Of a stretch of DNA of 64,000 nt, positions 35,234-47,317 are shown piece by piece. A model generated the notes under the pieces. That model worked only from the letters and a program-made list of their open reading frames with translations. It was not told the DNA's origin and did not search any database. The DNA comes from Sarea resinae (Eukaryota): the NCBI GenBank assembly GCA_026026165.1, contig JAPEUD010000022.1:62001-126000 (forward strand). The letters are read 5' to 3'. Within the stretch, counting starts at the first letter, position 1; each line of letters opens with the position of its first letter. The position numbers were made by a program, and so were the translations under genes.

Positions 35234-37884
35234 TCTGGCGTCACACGGGATGTCTTTCCTCCTCCTCTGGATGATGCAAGGGGTTTCCCCCAGGTCGATG
35301 CTTCCGTCGTCAAGCAGTTGACGAAAGCTCTTGGGACTTTCGTTTTAGTCGTCGTGGAAACGTGCAAGGAACCATGGACATTCGCAAGAAAGGAAAGTGT
35401 GTTCTTCTCGAAGCTTTTCTCGTGGTCGGGCGTGGGGCTGGGACAGAAGATGAAGTGGAATGCGAGTCGAGATAAGACGGCGGCATGCAAGTCAAAAGCA
35501 ACCTTGACGAAACTGGTACGCGAAAGCAATGCAGGAAGTGAAACCAATGCAAATAATCATGCATTGAACAGAGGCATTACGATGTCTTGGAGTCGCGACG
35601 GCACTCTCGTGACCGGAAGGAAGAGAGAAGAGCGAAGAGAGAGACTTAATGGGGACCGAGAGAAAAGGAATATGGCAACGGCCTCGACGGGCAGCGTTCC
35701 CAATCACGACGGTACATAGCAGAGCAGTTCGATTCGCCGCCGGTCCCTGGTCTGCCTATGAGGATCGTCGTCGACGATGGAGCCCAGAAGACTGGACAGG
35801 GCCTTTCCTGCAGCCATCAGGGATTCTGACCGTGGCCCCTCCCTTTCACTCGGGCGACCAGGGCCGACAAGGCAGCTAGGACCGCCTCTGATGCGCGTGT
35901 CGCATGCATATGGACCAGCCACGATGACCGTGGAGACGGCGATGCCATGGCAGGGTGGGAGGGTGGGAAGGTGCGAGGGTAGAAACGAGTGAGTGAGAGG
36001 TACGGAGTGAGTGCTACATGGCCATGGCCGAGGCTGACCCGTCATGCTGTGCCATCAGGTACCTCGAGGGCGGCCATGGGGAGCCATGGGGAGCCATAGG
36101 GAGAGGATGGCTGGACGCCTGGCCCCAAGGGTGCGTGGCGTTCGGCAAGCAACGAATCTGCCGTCGAGAACGACCTGTTGCCCACGATGCAATACGACTT
36201 CCATTAGCGACGACGGCACGTCGACCATGACGCCGCTGATTCGCCACGAGCGTTGCATCCGTCCACCTTTGGACTGCCTCAGGGCCACGACGGTCGGGGA
36301 GAGGGCGACCGCAGCCGCATTCGACGTCTTCACGGGCGCTTCCTCACCACCTCACGTCGAATAAGATCGATGGTCGTCATCGGGAGGAAGATGACGAGGA
36401 GCACGAAGAGCACAGAGAAGGGGTCCGCTTGCTCGATCGCGGGGGGGGATCGTCCTGCCGTCGGGGAGTCAGGCCAGGTAAGCAGATGCCAGGTACCGAG
36501 GACCTCGTTGCCCTTCACTTCGGACCCCACGCACGCCTACTGGAGAAGAGGTTGGAGCCGGTACCGGGTACCTGTCCATGGCTCACTATCCTCTGCCCGC
36601 GTGCCCTCCAATGACAGCCGCGCCCACGGCGACCGTGTTGATGAGCGTCGGAATTGGCTACGGTCACGACCACGTCCAGCGTCGAAAAGTGGAAAGTGGT
36701 CAGAGGAAAGTCAAGCCCAGTCAAGCCAGGCCAAGCCATTGAATCCATTCCAAACCAATCCAACTCCACGCCATGTCCGAGTGCCATCATGGATGCATTG
36801 GACGTCCGTGGGCGGCACGGGCGCCGACGAGAAGGAAGGAAGGAAGCCGAGGAAGGAATGCATGGAAGGAAGAGGAAAGGGGGGCAGCATCTTTGCGAGC
36901 TTCCTCGAGGTGGTTCGTAGCCCTGGAGGTAAGGTTCCTTACCTTGGTTTCAGTAATATGAATGATTGATTGATTGATTATTTATTGATTGATTGATTGC
37001 ATTGCATGACATCGGATCTTTGCATCAATCTCTGCTCATGCCCAAGGTACTACTATGGATGTTCCATTCCTTCTGCGTCTGGTCAGTTCCAACCCTGAAC
37101 CGAGAATTCGTAGTACTCGGTAGATCCATCCATGCCCGTGCAAGATGATTCCCTACCTTATGTACGAAGTACCTACCTTACCTGATTGTTTGTTGTTTCC
37201 TTTTTCTGCCCGTCTCCGATCCCCCTCCCTCCCCCTCCCCGGCCGTCACCGTGATTCCATCGCGTAATCGTACAGACTCATCTCACGACTCCACAACTCC
37301 GCATCGTGTCGTACTTGGTACCTGCATCGACGGGCGAGACTTACCTGACACGGCGCTGATCCTGAGCCAAGTCAAGGTACTAGGTTCGTACAGTACTACT
37401 TTATGCAGTAGTAGCCAGATTGCTAGATGGACTCCCGTCCGCATCAGATCAGACGCGCCCGCGCGCCTCCATCGTCTCTTCGGTCTTGTCCCCAAGAGGA
37501 CCTTGACCCGATATACAATGACAGAGAACCGTCCGAAAGAGTAAGGTCCGTAATCACAGACGGACAGTGGCCGATTCAATTGACCTCCGTCGTCGTTCGT
37601 GATAAAGCCTCAATCGCTTCATCTCGTCGATCCTCTCGAAGTCAAGGACGGTCGAGCTCTGCCCAAAGGCGCCGACCGCGTGCAATGCTCCGCTACTCGA
37701 GTCGCGAAAGCGAACATCATCTCCTTGAAAAGCGATCGCATTGATTGTTTTCATATTGCAGGTTGATCACTATCGTTGATGAAGATCCATTCTATATCGC
37801 CGTCTCTCACGTCGTATATATCCCCGTCCCCTTGAGCCCTTCTCCTCGGAACGTCCATCTTCCGCGTGCCAAGTTGTCGGCTTC

Positions 37885-39163
37885 TCACAGTTTCGCCTTG
37901 CCCCGTCCGCCATCCTTCAATTCCTCCACTAAACCCCACGCGAATTCCGCATACGGACGCATCTGTATCGCATAATCCGTTGCTTTTGCGCTACTAGCCT
38001 GTCGCAATGCATACCGTGCCGCAATCCCCTGCATGATGATCGATCCTCTGAAGATACCAAATGCATCCGCCCAGGTCAGCTCGCCCGTCGGATCCCACCC
38101 CGTCACTTCTCGGTACCATCGTAGGCATTGTTCGCGGGTTGGAAGCCCAGGAACGGCCCCCGGCTCAAAGGCCGAGTGTCGACGTCCGGAAGGCTGGATC
38201 TTGGTCGCCAAATGGCTGGTAGCGGTCAAGTGGGGGGTCAGAAGATTGGCTAGATCGGATAGAGGATGGCCTATTGTTGACATTTCCCAGCTATAAAGTA
38301 AGAATTAGGGATCTGCAGAGTTGAGAGTAGAGGGAAAGCATACTCCAGGATCCCTATGACTCGAGGTTCAGTCTTGTGAAAGACGACATTGTCGATCTTG
38401 TAATCACCATGAACCAGCGTTCCTCGATCCTTTGGCTGCGTTTGTGGATCGCTGAAGAAGCTAACCATGTCGTCGAAATGAGGGATTTTGCCCACCGCTT
38501 TTTTCGTATCGACGTCGACGGCCTCGGCTTGTGACTCGGATATCTTGCTGAACGTTGCCAATTGACGGTTGTAAAAGCCCGCGGACTTGCCATAACTCTG
38601 CAACCCCACCGATTTCGGATCGACACAATGGAATTTCGCCAAGGTTCGTATAGCATCGTGCCACCTGGTGAACTTCTAGTGTCTGTTAAAGTTGGGGTCT
38701 GCGGAGCAGCTTCACTCACATCTCGGTCCTCTCCATCGGACTCACCCCTGGGAAGGATGGATCCTCGTATATCCGTCCATCCAGGAAGCTCATAATATAG
38801 AACGGAGTCCCAATCACTTCCTCATCCTCACACAGACAAAGCGTCTCGGGAACGGGGACATCTGTCTTCTCCAGCGCATGTATTACCCTATACTCTCGCT
38901 CGACCTTATGGGCAGTCTTAGAGAGAAGCTTTCCCGGTGGCTTCTTACGCAGAACATATTTTGCCCCATTGCGGTCCGTGAGCTGGTATGTAGGGTTCGA
39001 TTGTCCGAAGCCGAACTATTGCTCGATTAGTTGAGTCTAGGTCTTTGTAAAGACAGCCCCTCACTTGTGTGACTTCAACGGGTATTTTGACGTCTGGGAC
39101 GTTGTTCTCGAGGTATCTTTCCAAAGAAGTGATATCTATCGGCTGTCTTATGGGTTCGGACAT
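37885..39163 (-). CDS. APH-family phosphotransferase (ACAD10/11 N-terminal-like) with PTS1
   Basis: [55 protein letters not shown] and [13 protein letters not shown]. The protein ends in AKL. Confidence 0.88.
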
Positions 39164-40011
39164 CCTGCGAACGTAAATCGATGCTGGTGAAGAGAAAGTC
39201 GAGATGCCAGGAGACTCCCGTCTCCACCATCGCCTGTAAGCGTGGCAGCATCATAGCTCGGTGACAGACACAAGCCTCGGCTCTTGGTAATCTGGGGAAA
39301 CCGACGGGCTATCCGAGTGTGGGGTCTAGAAGTGGTGGGTGACATCCATGGATGTTTTTCCGACCCGAAAATATCGCTTCCATACAATATTGGGCTGTAG
39401 GCTCCATATCAAGTAATTCACGAATGGATCTCAAGTGCTTCAAAGGAGAGTCTTCTTCGGCAGGAGCAATTGCTTATGCTCAAGGGGAAAAATGAATTGA
39501 TTTCATGGACAGTAAATTGGGATTTCCTTGATGATCCCAAGTTCCGTAAGTTCTGTGATAAATCTTGGCGACTTGGATTATAGACAATACTGTAGAGAAA
39601 CACTATTTGCCAGGGCGATTATTTATTTCGAGAGCCAAATATTTAGGACTTGAGCAAGTTACAAATTCAATTAGATATCAGCTGTAAATTGCAGGAACCC
39701 TAAGAGATATTTCAACGGTCTCTAGGGTATAAGCCTCAAGCTTCAACAGGGAGTGTCCTACGCCTGTAAGAAGTATGCCTATCAGCCAGCGTAGACAAGC
39801 TCTGGAAACAAAAAACATAATATGGACAAAGTTCCAATGATGGACGTTTACCACAAAATGGTGCTTCCTTTCAGATACATGTTCCACTTGACAGACGCGT
39901 AAACACAGATCTACTTAGTGTATAGCATCAGGAATATCAGACAGAAAGGTATCATCATGATCAAACACCAGAGAACTCCTGAATTATGAAAGCGTCTTCA
40001 GAAAATGCTCA

Positions 40012-40899
40012 TCACAATTTCAGATCCTTTCCCTCTTCCGGACTCCCCATCCCCATCCTAGTCTTATAATCCCTCGGACTCTCAAACCCCTTGTTTCCCC
40101 CAGCCCACATCCCTCTTCTTCTCTTCTTGGCCCACCACTCCGCTCTCCGATACTTCTCCTCCACCTTTCCGAATTCCGCTCCAGTCTTCGCCTCATATAC
40201 AGTCGCCAAACCACGCTTCAGCATTTGTAGCCCGACATCTCGACGAAGAAGTCCGCGCCTGACATACACTGTTGAGACGACGCGATCATATTGGTCGCGC
40301 TTGTAAACATAGGCACGGACGCGACGGTGCATAATGTATGATGTAAGCCAGTCAAGGGCTTCCTTTGCATGAGGCTGTTCGGGACGGCCAAAGTGCGCGA
40401 GCTCAGGGGCGTCGACACCTGCGAGGCGGACGTGGATCTGGGAATAGAGAATCCAGAGTCAGGGTCAATCTCATCTAGTAGCGCATTGAAAGGCAAGACA
40501 TCTACGAACAGTTCGAGCCTTTAGATCCGCTCTTTTCTCGGGGACTGTTCGACAAGGAAACCATCCCCATCCAGCTAGTCTGCCTCCCGGCGTATGAAAC
40601 AGGCGGAAATTATCCCCATCACCCACACTCGTGACGCGACCGAATATGCTCCTCCGCCTGAAAAAACTGGGCTGAATATTCGCAGCCTCAGGAATGCGAC
40701 GGAGATAGGAGCGGTAGAAGTGCACGAAGAAGAGAGCGGTTCCTGTGAGGAGGACGGTAGGTATCACAGTTCGCGGATCGGTGTAGTGCGACCAATCGGT
40801 CGCGTTGAGAGAATTTGTCCATGAGACAGTCGGCTTAATCTCCTTGGATTCATCGCGTTCATCTCGAGGTTGGTCAGAGGACCATGGCGGCCATCGCAT
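40012..40899 (-). CDS. LCL3: Staphylococcal-nuclease-like endonuclease Lcl3, 2 exons
   Basis: [54 protein letters not shown] and ESPRDYK. Confidence 0.92.
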
Positions 40900-41313
40900 T
40901 TTCGTGGAGCGGTGAACGAATGATGAGAAGCTTGGGCGGCAAGGCGTTTGCTAGCAACAAGCGAATCGTGGTGTTGAGTTCCCAAGACAGAGCTAGGTAG
41001 ATTTGAGGGAACACTGAATTTAAGACAAAAGGAGCCACATCTAAGCAAAATTACAGACTATGATGCAAGAGGGCCAAAATAAATCCAGCAGGTCACTGGA
41101 AGCGTCTGTTTATGCGTGGTTTTGTTCTCGGACAACACTCGTTACCTCGTAAAATAGACCTTAATACGCACCACATGGCCATCTTTTCTACTAGGAACTG
41201 AATTAACTGACCCTGACGAGCCAAAGGCGGAATATAAAACATAGCAAGCCTTGATTTTGTATCTACAAACTTCGAATCGCCGTCACACAATCATCTGAAT
41301 CGTCTGAACATTC

Positions 41314-42583
41314 TCATCCTTGAACTCGGAAGCTACGTCCGCTCGCCGTCTTGCGCTCCTTTTCTTGGTTCTCTGGTCTTGCACGGTTGAGGACTAGAGT
41401 TGTTAGTGCCTTGAAGAAAATTGTCAAAGAGCAATTACCTTGGAGGAAATCAGCGGTACGCCGTCGCATTCTCGAGTGGATATACGCCTTGGATAGAATA
41501 AGTGTCCGCTAAATGTTCACCATATATCACTGAATCTTACCTTGGACGCTTTGATATGGTAGTGGAAGTAATCTCGGAAAGTTTGAATGTGAGAAATGAC
41601 ATCCTCTCTCCTTTGACGAGAGAGATGTCGTGCGAATAGTACTAGACATTGTCAGCTCTAAACCGAGACTCGTGCCAAGTGGAACGGACCAAAAGTCACA
41701 TAGCCCACTTCTCCGGATTCTGGATTCGCTAGTCCTGGAACACCCTGGAGCTCAAGAGGTGGGTCATTTCGGAAGAGGACTTGCGGCGCATTCTGAATCG
41801 CTCTTCGTCGGGCATCAACGAATTCCTGAAAGAATCAGTACTGGTCCCGTACCCACGAAGCAAAATGCTCACCTGTAAGAAGACCTTTCCGAATATTCGA
41901 TCCGTCTCTTCTCTGAACACTGTGCTGAAGATGACCGTCACTCGGTCGAAGTTTGCTTTGATGTAGATGGCTTCCTCGTCTCTGTAGTGGACAGCCATCA
42001 CCTCTCCGCCTTCGCGAATGCCTTCCGGAGCCGATTCCGATGTGAATTTGGATGCTTCCTCCTGGAGTCTGGCGAACTCATCGAATGCCTTCTCGAAGGG
42101 TGCTGCCATGGCGTTTCGTTTTAGAAGAGAGATACGTCGGACGAGGTCCTCGCGGGCCGCTTGACGGTATTCAATTAGCTCTAGCCCCTCACATCCTGCC
42201 AAGCAGCTTACCTGGGTCCTCTGGTAGGTTCTCCAAATCTACCAGGACGGAAAAGTCGAAGCCAGTTTCCGGAGCGACGATGTATTGGCCATATTCCCGC
42301 TCCAGCACTTCCTGCGCACCATACTTGACGAGCTCGTTGAAGCACTTGACGGATATCGAGATCAAGATCTTCGTCTTGGATTCTTGAGTCGACAGGTGGA
42401 ATGTGACCCCATCGAAGTCGGAAACGATCTGGTCAATCGATACTGGCGGAGCCCTACATTAGATGGATGGTTAGTACTATGATGAGAGTCCCAGGGAGGT
42501 GTAATCGGAATTGCGAGTTACCCTGAGAAGCGTTCAGTGAGGATTGACTGAATGAGGACGTTCTGGTAGTCGAGAAGGAGCAT
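41314..42583 (-). CDS. ARC35: Arp2/3 complex 34 kDa subunit (ARPC2), multi-exon
   Basis: MLLLDYQNVLIQSILTERFS, LLKRNAMAAPFEKAF, DRVTVIFSTVFREETDRIFGKVFLQ and FRDYFHYHIKASK|AYIHSRMRRR. Confidence 0.95.
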
Positions 42584-42889
42584 GATGGCGACGATTGAAC
42601 AGAATTCAAGCTTCAATGCCCCTCCACGATGATCATGGATGTTCAAGCGGCTCTCATCGATCACAGGGCTGGACGTGACGAGGCACGGCGTATCCCGCGC
42701 ATGTGTACCGTAGTTAGTGCTGAAATGTACTCAGCGACACCTTATCGCCAGCACCGATAGCCGATCCTCGTCGCATCCGATCTGATAAATCGCAAACACG
42801 AGGAAAAGTTACAGGCGAAGAGAAGAGAAGAAGAGAAATTCCCCGTCCAGCGCTGCCTTCTTCTTGGGTAATTGACTCCAGACTCCATC

Positions 42890-45800
42890 ATGGTCAAGTC
42901 TTACCTGTAAGTGGTAGATACTCAAACTACAAATACACTGCTAACTATCTCAGAAAGTACGAGCATTCTCACACATTCGGCCTCATTAATTCCGCCTCGG
43001 CCAACGTTGTCTGGATTTCTGATTCGCACGGTCGAGGAAATTCGTCGCGGAACACCGGTGTTGGTCGAGCAATCGTAGGAGCAAATGAAGAGGTCCTATG
43101 CTGGGATGTGAAGAAGGGAGAGCTCCTCGGCAGATGGCAGGATAAAAGCTGCAATGCTCAGGTTACGGCAATTGCTCAGAGCAAAGCTGACAAGGATATC
43201 TTTGCTGTAGGGTACGAAAACGCGGCTTTACACTTTCGATTTCTGTGCTGATCTTGGGACTAGATACGACGATGGAAGCATCAGGCTCTGGGATTCTCGA
43301 ATAGCAACTGTGATCATCAGCTTCAATGGTCATCGATCAGCGATCACTACTCTAGCCTTCGATAGGTCGGGAGTTCGTCTCGCGAGCGGCGCAAAAGATA
43401 CGGATATCATAATATGGGACCTATTGGCTGAAGTCGGCCTTTTCAAACTAAGAGGACACAAAGACCAGATTACTGGCCTACACTTCCTTCAACCTCGCGC
43501 AGAAGAACCGTCAGGAGTCGACGGCGAAGATCAAGAGCTCGGCCTCGAAGACGATTCGCAAGGAGGTTTTCTTCTCACCACCGGAAAAGATGCTTTGATC
43601 AAAATCTGGGACATTTCCTCCCAACATTGTATTGAAACTCACGTCGCACAGACCAGTGGCGAATGCTGGGCTCTGGGGGTTTCACCTGATGAGAGCGGCT
43701 GTATAACAGCTGGCAACGATGGCGAACTCAAAGTTTGGGCCATTGATCTTCCTGGGCTCCGTGCGGCGGCTACACGACTTGGCGAAGGCGGCGACAATAA
43801 TTATCTCCTCGATCGAGGTGTCCTATACCGTCAAGGCAAGGACAGGGCATTGAGCGTTGCTTTTCATCCACGAGCGGATTACTTTGCTGTACACGGCTCA
43901 GAAAAGGCTGTGGAGCTATGGCGGATACGGTCAGAGGGTGAAGTAAGAAAGGTTCTAGCGAGGAAGCGAAAGAGGAGACGCGAGAAAGCTGAGACAAAAG
44001 GGGAAGATCTCAAAGTCAACGGCGATAACCAGGACGTGGATCAAGCTGAAGACATCTCATCTGCGGAGGTTGGCGATGTCTTTGTGCCGTATGTCATCGT
44101 TCGAACTGGGGGCAAGGTGCGCTCTATGGACTGGGCAGGCGGGAGGTCCAGCAAATCTCTTCAGCTTCTTGTGTCGACAACGAACAACCAATTGGAAGTC
44201 TACAATGTGCCTACGAGGGCGAAGTCCGCCAAACCCAAGTCGGATGAGCTCCCTGAATACAGTCGTACCGTCGCCGTGGACATGCCCGGTCATCGGGCGG
44301 ATATCCGTTCTTTGGCCCTGAGCTCCGACGATCGCATGCTTGCCTCCGCGTCCAGTGGGAGTCTAAAGATTTGGAACGTCCGGACCCAGACATGTCTGCG
44401 GACTTTGGAGTGCGGGTATGCGCTCTGCTGCGCTTTCCTCCCGGGTGACAAAATTGTGGTGGTCGGAACCAAGACCGGCGACCTCGAGCTCTTCGACATC
44501 GCATCTTCCTCTCTAATCGAAACCACTCATGCCCACGATGGCGCTATCTGGACACTCCAGGTGCACCCCGACGGCAAATCCCTCGTGACAGGCAGTGCGG
44601 ACAAAAGCGCCAAATTCTGGAACTTCGAAGTGGTGCAGGAAGAAATTCCCGGCACGAAACGCACGACGCCACGCCTCATACTCGTCCATACCCGTACCCT
44701 CAAAGTCTCGGACGACATCCTCAGCCTCCGCTTCTCACCCGATGCCCGCCTTCTCGCCTGTGCTCTCCTCGACAACACAGTCAAGGTCTTCTTCACTGAT
44801 AGTCTCAAGCTCTTCCTCAATCTGTACGGCCACAAGCTGCCCGTGCTTAACATGGACATCTCCTCGGACAGCAAACTCATTGTCACCTGCTCGGCGGATA
44901 AAAACATCCGGCTCTGGGGCCTCGACTTCGGCGACTGCCACAAGGCCTTGTTCGCGCACCAGGACAGCATCATGGCCGTAGCCTTCGTGCCGCACGGCCA
45001 GGACGGCAACGGCCACCACTTCTTCAGCGCGTCCAAGGACCACACGCTCAAGTACTGGGACGGCGACAAGTTCGAGCAGATCCAGAAGCTGGACGGCCAT
45101 CACGGCGAGATCTGGGCGCTGGCCATCAGCCGCACAGGCGACTTCGTTGTCTCCGCCTCGCACGACAAGAGCATCCGTGTCTGGGCCCAGACGGACGACC
45201 TCGTATTCCTCGAAGAGGAGCGCGAGAAGGAACTCGAGGAGCTCTATGAACGCACCCTAACCACCTCTCTCGAACACAACGACGACGCCGACCAGAAGGA
45301 GGCCGTCGCAGCAGGCAAGCAGACGGTCGAGACGCTCAAGGCCGGCGAACGCATCGCCGAGGCCCTCGACCTCGGCATCGCCGACCTGGAACTCATGGCC
45401 GAATACGCGGTCCAGAAGGCGGCGAACGCGTCGACGGCGCCGCCGCCACGCAACCCGCTCTTCATGGCCCTGGGCAACATCAGCGCCGAGGCGCACGTGC
45501 TGGGCGTGATGCAGAAGATCCCAGCGTCGGCGCTGCAGGACGCGCTGCTCGTGCTCTCGTTTTCGCGGCTGGGCGCGCTCTTCACGTTCCTGGAGCGCTG
45601 GGCGCAGCGCGGCTGGAACCTGCCGCTGACGTGCCGGGTGCTGTTCTTCATGCTCAAGACCCATCACCGGCAGGTCGTGGCTAGTCGCACACTGCGAGTC
45701 GTTCTGGAGAGGTTGAGAGCCAGTTTGCGAGATGGCCTGAGCCGCCAAAAGGACGTCTGCGGGTTCAATGTCGCGGCTGTTAGGTTTGTCGGGGAGAGGG

Positions 45801-45904
45801 CAAGAGAAAGGGGGGAGAGTCGGTTCGTGGATGAGGAGACCTGGGAGGAGGTCGAGAAGGCTGGCGGGGAGAAGAGGAAGAGGGCCTTTGTCGATGTGGC
45901 GTAG
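42890..45904 (+). CDS. DIP2: SSU processome WD40 protein Dip2/Utp12 (WDR3), 3 exons
   Basis: MVKSYL|KYE start, many WD repeats, LKLFLNLYGHKLPVL and a C-terminal Utp12 domain. Confidence 0.95.
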
Positions 45905-46445
45905 ATGGACGTGAGAAGGGGAAAAGGGAAAATGTATTATTCTATGTTCTTTCTTTCCTTCATGGGAATTGGTTATACGAACTGGGAAATGAACCAATCC
46001 GTATCACGACTAGTAATTTTGTCCAGATGCTGTGCACCGTTTCCTCCACATCCCTCCAACGATAGTTCCTAACAAATCTGGAGAAAGGTTTAGACCGGAC
46101 TATTGTGCCATCTATCCCTCATGCTATATATACGGCCGAGATATTCTCTCATCTGTCTCGGGAATCTCATACACACAGGCCAGCCAGACGGAGGCTACGC
46201 AATCGTTGTATCATAGCATCCCAATCTTCAAGGAGGAGATGCATATCCAGACAGATGACTAGATATCAAGGGTATATTCTCTTCGTGGCACTCTATCGTA
46301 CAGCCCACCTCCATCTCTAACGCACTCCCCTCCCTTCACTGTTCCCCTAAAACAAAATCCCAGAACGGCCCCCTCCCAAAACGCCGAGCCCATCTTTTGC
46401 CTTCCGTCTTCTGTCCGCCCCCCCGTCCCTTCCCTCTCATCCCCT

Positions 46446-46860
46446 TCAGGCCCTAACAACACCAAACACCAGCGTCCACGTGAGCACATACCCGCTCAAG
46501 CCAGCGACGACGTCCTTCTCGACCAACTCGCGCACGCCGCCATAGAAATAAGCCTTCGGGTCCCTCTCGGCGCTAAAGGCGTACAGCAAGCCCGACACCA
46601 CCAGGCTGCCGGCGAAGTAAAAGAGGAAGCCGGCGTAGGACTCCAGGCCCAGCACGCCGGCCGCGATGCCGAACAGGGAGGCTGTGAGCGAGCGCAGTTG
46701 GCTGAGTGTCTAGATGGGAGGGAGGAGAGCATTAGTTGCGGGCTTTTCTGGAGGAGGGGCAAGGAGAGTGGTGCGGTGGGGGGCTTACGAGGGCGTTGTG
46801 TTGGATGTTCTCTGGGACGAGCGGGCTGATGGTTAGGGCTTTCTCTTCTACGGACGCCAT
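46446..46860 (-). CDS. EMC6: ER membrane protein complex subunit 6, 2 exons
   Basis: PLVPENIQHN|TLSQLRSLTASLFGIAAGVLGLESYAGFLFY...GLSGYVLTWTLVFGVVRA. Confidence 0.88.
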
Positions 46861-47317
46861 GGTGTGTGATGTGTGCGAGAAATAAAAGAGACCGAATCGG
46901 TTCGAGCTGATTTGACTTGAGATTGGGATTGAAGGCGATGTGTTCCGCGGATGCGTTTCGTTGGAGCTTGGAGTCGTTGAATTGTATTCGTACGTTGAAG
47001 CTGGAGCTTGTGAGTGAGCTTGGGCTGGAGGCGAGCGTTCGACTTTTCCCGATCGGGATCGTTGCGGTAGGCGAGTGTTCGAGACTCCAGATATCGAAAT
47101 CATGATCGAGAAGCATCCAAGCCAACAGTACGCGACGGGAAAGTGAGATCGCATTCATTATAGATTATAAGATGATGACTCTTTCTAGATATATCATTCG
47201 GCCTCACGGGATAATGACATTCTGACCAATTCCATTGACAACAAACTAGGTACCATACTCTACATCATATATCAATCACAACGCCCAGCAGATAACCCCA
47301 AAGCTAGACAGGCTCGA

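Noticed and set aside
44527..45997. Long antisense ORFs over DIP2 (similarly over BUD16, SF3B1 and vezatin)
   Set aside because: These are shadow ORFs expected from GC-rich codon usage on the coding strand.
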